64,000 nucleotides of DNA from Babesia bigemina. Its lineage: Eukaryota. Within the stretch, counting starts at the first letter, position 1. Each line of letters begins with the position of its first letter. The position numbers were made by a program, and so were the translations under genes. Below, piece by piece: positions 59,523 to 64,000 of this stretch. The notes below the pieces were generated by a model, which was not told the DNA's origin, did not search any database, and saw nothing but the letters and a program-made list of their open reading frames with translations. The stretch lies in assembly GCF_000981445.1 (NCBI RefSeq), contig NC_027218.1:1488001-1552000 (forward strand), given 5' to 3'.

Positions 59523-60186
59523 CTATTGTACAACTGCGCCAGTCTGCTGAAGCTTGCGCAATTCCGCCTCGAGGTACTCCAGACGGGCCAGTATGAACTG
59601 CTCGCGCTCCTTCTGTCTGTCGCACAGGTCGTTGAACTTTTTGCGCCTACGACATTTTTAGTCCTCAAATGATTTTAGGTATTCGGTAATTTGGCCGAAG
59701 TCCACGCGTCCAGCGGATACTACGGCCAAGTCTTTAGGCTTGCTTCACCGCGTCGGCGCGATTGAGCAGTGTTCCACCCACCTTAAATAGAGGGAATAAA
59801 ACATGTACGTGAACATGAGCGACATCAACAGCACGTCTGCGATGAGGTCGGCGCCAAGCTGTGCCACTTTATACTTCGCGTAACCGTAAACCCACCTTTA
59901 TAGCCTCTTCGTCGTCGATGGGCTTGACTACCACCTCGACTTTGGTGTCCGCATTTTCGCGGAAGGGGCTGAAGTTGAAGAACTTCCCGCTCAGCTTCCG
60001 GCGCACCGACGATCTGTGCCGAGCTAAACCGATTCCTAGAATCGTCCTCTGAGTGCTGCAGCTGCTATAATTAGGCTCATTCGTTGCTCACATGTGGTTG
60101 CGTGACGCCGCCGATACCACCATAGACGTCGCGTACTTGCTCAGCGACGAAGTGAGCACCTTGACGGTCTCCAGAAGGATCTCCAT
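59523..60186 (-). CDS. OPA3: OPA3-like mitochondrial protein, 4 exons
   Basis: Spliced KPIDDEEAIK|LGADLIADVLL resembles OPA3 'kPL.Ee.Ai..GA.ll.E'; TM then coiled coil; third intron 59647-59781. Confidence 0.72.
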
Positions 60187-60604
60187 CGCGGCTGTCCGAT
60201 CCGTTGTCGCTCGGGGCTGCTGCTGGCTTTGGCCGTCGGCTGCCGCGCGACCCCGGGGCGCCGCGGCCAGTGCGGTCAACACATCGGCCGCAGAGTGGGC
60301 CCTTTTGAAGCGATTATGGCGTGTTTCCACGTAACTTCCGAACTCTGTTTCTCCCTCTGCCGCAAAGTCCGTACGCGCGCAGTCGCGGCGGTACCACCCA
60401 ACATATAGCAGAAGGTTAGGCCTCCCGTGCGCCACCGGCGTCAACAACTGCGCGTTTGGCGGTGTATAAATTGGTTAGCACGGCTGCGCTGAGCGCCGCG
60501 GGCTATATCGCGCAATCGGAGCCAGTGCGCAGCTCCGTTCCTAGGTGACAATATACCCAGGCCTCTGATACGCCGTTCAATTTGTCGCGTTCGTGGCCTC
60601 GACA

Positions 60605-61177
60605 ATGAGCCACTGCGGCCTCCTTACTGCGGCTCGCCGCAGCCTGCGGTACAGATTGGGTCGCATCTACAACTCGTTCTACTACAGTCAGAGCAACAAC
60701 AAGTACGTGATGCTGTTCGTCTTCCCGAGCGTAATCTGGTATACACGTTTTCGCGCCGACACACGGCTGGGATATCGCCTCTACATAGCTCCCACTGCGG
60801 GCGGCCCAGTAGACTACTTGGACCAGATCGAGAGCGGCTCTGTTCAGAAGCAGACCTCTGAACCAGATGAGACCCACTCCTCCGTTCTCCTTGACGCCTT
60901 AAACTACGTGGACGATACGATTATGGGCGTGTGGAGGTGGATTAAAGGAAGTAAACCCCTGATTGAGGGCTTCAAGAATGGCAAGAAGATCTACCTCGAC
61001 GACTCGGCCACGGTGGCGGACCTCAAGAAGGCCATCTACGGCCGCAAGGCGTTGGAGCACGAGGACGTGCTCGTCGGATGCAAGGGCAGGGTCATGCAGA
61101 CCGATGACAACCTTGCGCTGGCTACTCGTGCCTTCTGCCGTCGCGACCCGAGGATCGTGCTCTGGAGAGACATTTAA
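60605..61177 (+). CDS. Putative mitochondrial membrane protein with a C-terminal ubiquitin-like domain (tentatively MPODD-related)
   Basis: Basic presequence, one TM (YVMLFVFPSVIWY), Ubl-like ATVADLKKAI...KGRVM..DDNL; the MPODD link is recollection only. Confidence 0.65.
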   Translation: MSHCGLLTAARRSLRYRLGRIYNSFYYSQSNNKYVMLFVFPSVIWYTRFRADTRLGYRLYIAPTAGGPVDYLDQIESGSVQKQTSEPDETHSSVLLDALNYVDDTIMGVWRWIKGSKPLIEGFKNGKKIYLDDSATVADLKKAIYGRKALEHEDVLVGCKGRVMQTDDNLALATRAFCRRDPRIVLWRDI

Positions 61178-61564
61178 CTGGCTGTCAACAGCCGACGCTT
61201 TCACATATCTAATATCGTAGTTTAGCGCCACATGCGTGACTTATTGGTTAGTATACACGCCACCGATCCCCGTGCTGGCGAATTGTTTACGTATCTGCGG
61301 TGCGCTGCCCCGCGGCCATACCTGCCCGTATGGCCTGGACGGTCGACCGTGACTTATCGTTCACATTACGTGTCTAATTGTACACATCGCGTTTACAACA
61401 AGTTTTGAATTAGTTGATGCCAATTTTAACTACATAGTCGACTCCGTTTCTGCAGCTTTAGCGTTGAGATGCGCTCGAAGCCTTGAAGGTCACCTGGACG
61501 TAACTACCTCAACACATCCCATTAACGGCACTACTTCGTATCGTATAGGAAATATGGAGCCATT

Positions 61565-62246
61565 ATGATGCTACGGAGATTTTTTTCAAGTTGTTCGGAA
61601 GCCTTGGTCGCCGACCGGCGCTGCTTTGCGGCCATAAGTTTCCGACCATTTTTGCTGCAGGCGCCGCCCAGCTCCAATCGCTCCATCCCAAGCGTAGAGA
61701 CGCCAAATTCGCAGTGTATAGTGCCCCCAAGTGCTTACGCTGCTGCCGAGTTGGTAAAGACGAGGTCACGTGCCTGGTCACCGCTTCAGCCCTGCACTGT
61801 GCACCATGCGCTATTCTCTACCGCGTCTCCCACCTTCGAGGTGAAACGTCGCCCAGTTAACTCTCGAAAGGGTCAGATAGTGACACTTACATCAAACGCC
61901 ATCAAGCGGCTTCATGAGATATGCAACACCCGTAAGTTCAAACCTTTTTCCGACCGTCACTCAAATTGCTACAGCCGGGAAAATAGTCAAGCTACTGTTT
62001 GTAGTTAAAGGCTGCAACGGGTACTCTTATGAGATGGAACTCGTGGATATCTCCTCGCTTGACGCAATGGACGAAATTGTCAGGGACCAAGCGGGGGCAC
62101 CCGTGTTGGCCATCGAGAACAAGGCCGCATTCCATTTGCTCGGCTGCCACATCGACTACCAAGTATCGCAACTAGAGGAGGGGTTTGTCTTTGACAACCC
62201 TAATGTCACATCAAAGTGTGGTTGTGGGCAATCGTTTCAATTCTGA
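61565..62246 (+). CDS. Iron-sulfur cluster assembly A-type carrier (IscA/HesB), mitochondrial, 2 exons
   Basis: VTLTSNAIKRL, KGCNGYSY, FVFDNPN...CGCGQSF; intron 61932-61974. Confidence 0.92.
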
Positions 62247-62579
62247 TATCTCGCCGCCATGGTGTGGTCTCTGACCTGCACTGACATTAAGACAGCCAAT
62301 ACGGCGGCATTATCAAATCGAGTGCTGTATCACTTCACTATTTATACGCGGCATGGGAATGTTCCACCGTGCGCCACATAACAGCAAGTGTAAATCGCCT
62401 TATTTTCATCGTTAAATCATGGGTTTATGAGGGTGGCAACAATGGTTCGTAAAATTGACAAACTGCGTCTGTCACGATGGGTTTGCCCGTGTGAGTGGCG
62501 CATGAAATGTTGCGTTTACCCAGCAAGTATGCTGGCAACAAAATTATAAATTCTTGACACGGAGCCAGTAAAGTATAGA

Positions 62580-64000
62580 CTACATTTCTTGTGCTTGGAA
62601 TCGCAGATAATCGATAAGGTCGTCGTGCGTGTTGAAGCTCAGGTTACCTATATCATTGGGGCACCATGCATGCTTTTGCAGCCTGCTGGAGTTGGCACCT
62701 ACGAAAACAACGAGCACTCCATCTACTACGGCCATATCGGCAAGGTCTAGTGGTTTCAAACCATCGCTTTTACCCGTGTAGTAGAAGTGATAGACATCCT
62801 CCAGTTGCAGCAGCCCGTCCGGCAAAGACCCAAACTGGTATATGTTGAGCATTTCTATTTCGCCATTCTTCGTAGATACCGTCACGTCAAATATGGCGCT
62901 CCTAACTCCCCCTTTGTTTAAAACTCCCATTACAGATGGAGAATACGACTTCAAGGATCCCACCAGGGACTGTGCGTCTTTAGCCAGAAAGCCGAAGTTC
63001 TCGTTCACGAAGATTTGCTCCACGCACACTAGTTCATTTTCAAACAGGAAGCACCTCAACTGGAGCCGGCCTCGAAAATATATACCCGGGTATAGGGTTA
63101 AGTGACACTGTGATCCTTCTAGATCTTGCCAACAAGTTGACGACTTCAACAGCAACAACACCTCCCTAAATTGTGTAATAATCATAATGGTAAAACATAC
63201 CTTGCGGATGTGCATTCGACGTTCATATTCGCCACCCAGAGAGCATCGTCTAGAAATACTCCGTTTATGCTGGGAACGACCGATTGATACTTTGCAATCA
63301 ATGCCTTAAGCTTTTCCACAAATGGCTCCACTGCTGACCAGTCAAAACTGTCGTCCGAATCAGACATCGACTCATATCCATCGAAATCACTACCCGAATC
63401 CACATCTTTATACTTTATTTGGTCTATATTTGGTGGCATGCTCATATTGTCCGACTTTAGGTAATCTAGAAGCGACCCTTCAAGGATTTGAAGGCTGTTT
63501 GGTATTAGCATGCTGCCAAAATTGCGTTTCACGTTCTCATGTGAAAAACACACACCTTCGTCATTGTTCATAATATACATATGGCTTCCGATTGCTTTTT
63601 CGCCAGACTCACTGACCCAATTCCACAGAACGTACAGCACGGCATCAAGTGCCCCTATCTGCGGCGCTACCATGGAACTACCCTTCTCCTCGTTAAACGC
63701 ATATTCGCGCAGCAATCGCTTCATATGCTCCTTACAATGGCTCTCAACCGTGAATGAACCATTATCCATACCCTCTGCGTAAGTGGAGTAGTGCTTCCAC
63801 GCGGTTACGCCAGCAGGGCATGGCGGCATCTGCGTCGCCTCTGTTGGCACTACCTCCAAGATTCCATCCTCATTGTTATACGTTACACTTGCTGCATGAT
63901 CTATGTCGGCATAGAAAATGAACTTACCGCGAATGAGAGATAAGTGGAATCCTTCTACTGTCTGCACACCCTTGTCTGGTCTAGCCAATCCATCCGCAAA
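62580..64000 (-). CDS. CDC123: CDC123/D123-like ATP-grasp protein (5' end probably outside the window)
   Basis: DDALWV...ECTSAR|EVLLLLKSS...DL, RCFL, VEQ, IFDV; 35-nt intron 63166-63200. Confidence 0.7.

Overview
Eukaryotic, gene-dense apicomplexan DNA with many 34-41 nt GT-AG introns. It looks like a Babesia sensu stricto piroplasm. The ves-like, 6-Cys and MFS family signatures remind me of B. caballi, but that is recollection, not a search result. Housekeeping blocks (TFIIIC B-block subunit, CTF18, sphingolipid synthase, CCp5-like, CFIm25, NAA20-like, TBCA, PheRS-alpha, MRE11, IDH, OPA3, IscA, CDC123) alternate with three accessory islands (about 0-8.4 kb, 17-22 kb and 49-59 kb). The islands hold Maf paralogues, an intact 6-Cys (s48/45-like) gene plus two decayed copies, short ves1-like genes and fragments, and MFS genes. 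The most notable observations are: (1) a 327-bp, 99%-identical copy of TFIIIC coding sequence about 400 bp upstream of the first of two strongly diverged Maf paralogues, the same offset at which the original lies upstream of the second; (2) four co-directional gene junctions with only 17-25 nt spacers, including a three-gene operon-like run; (3) an oversized, strongly folded intron in the NAA20-like gene; (4) several spliced genes that the ORF track misses or fragments. I found no tRNA, rRNA, CRISPR or transposase. All family calls are by-eye motif recognition.
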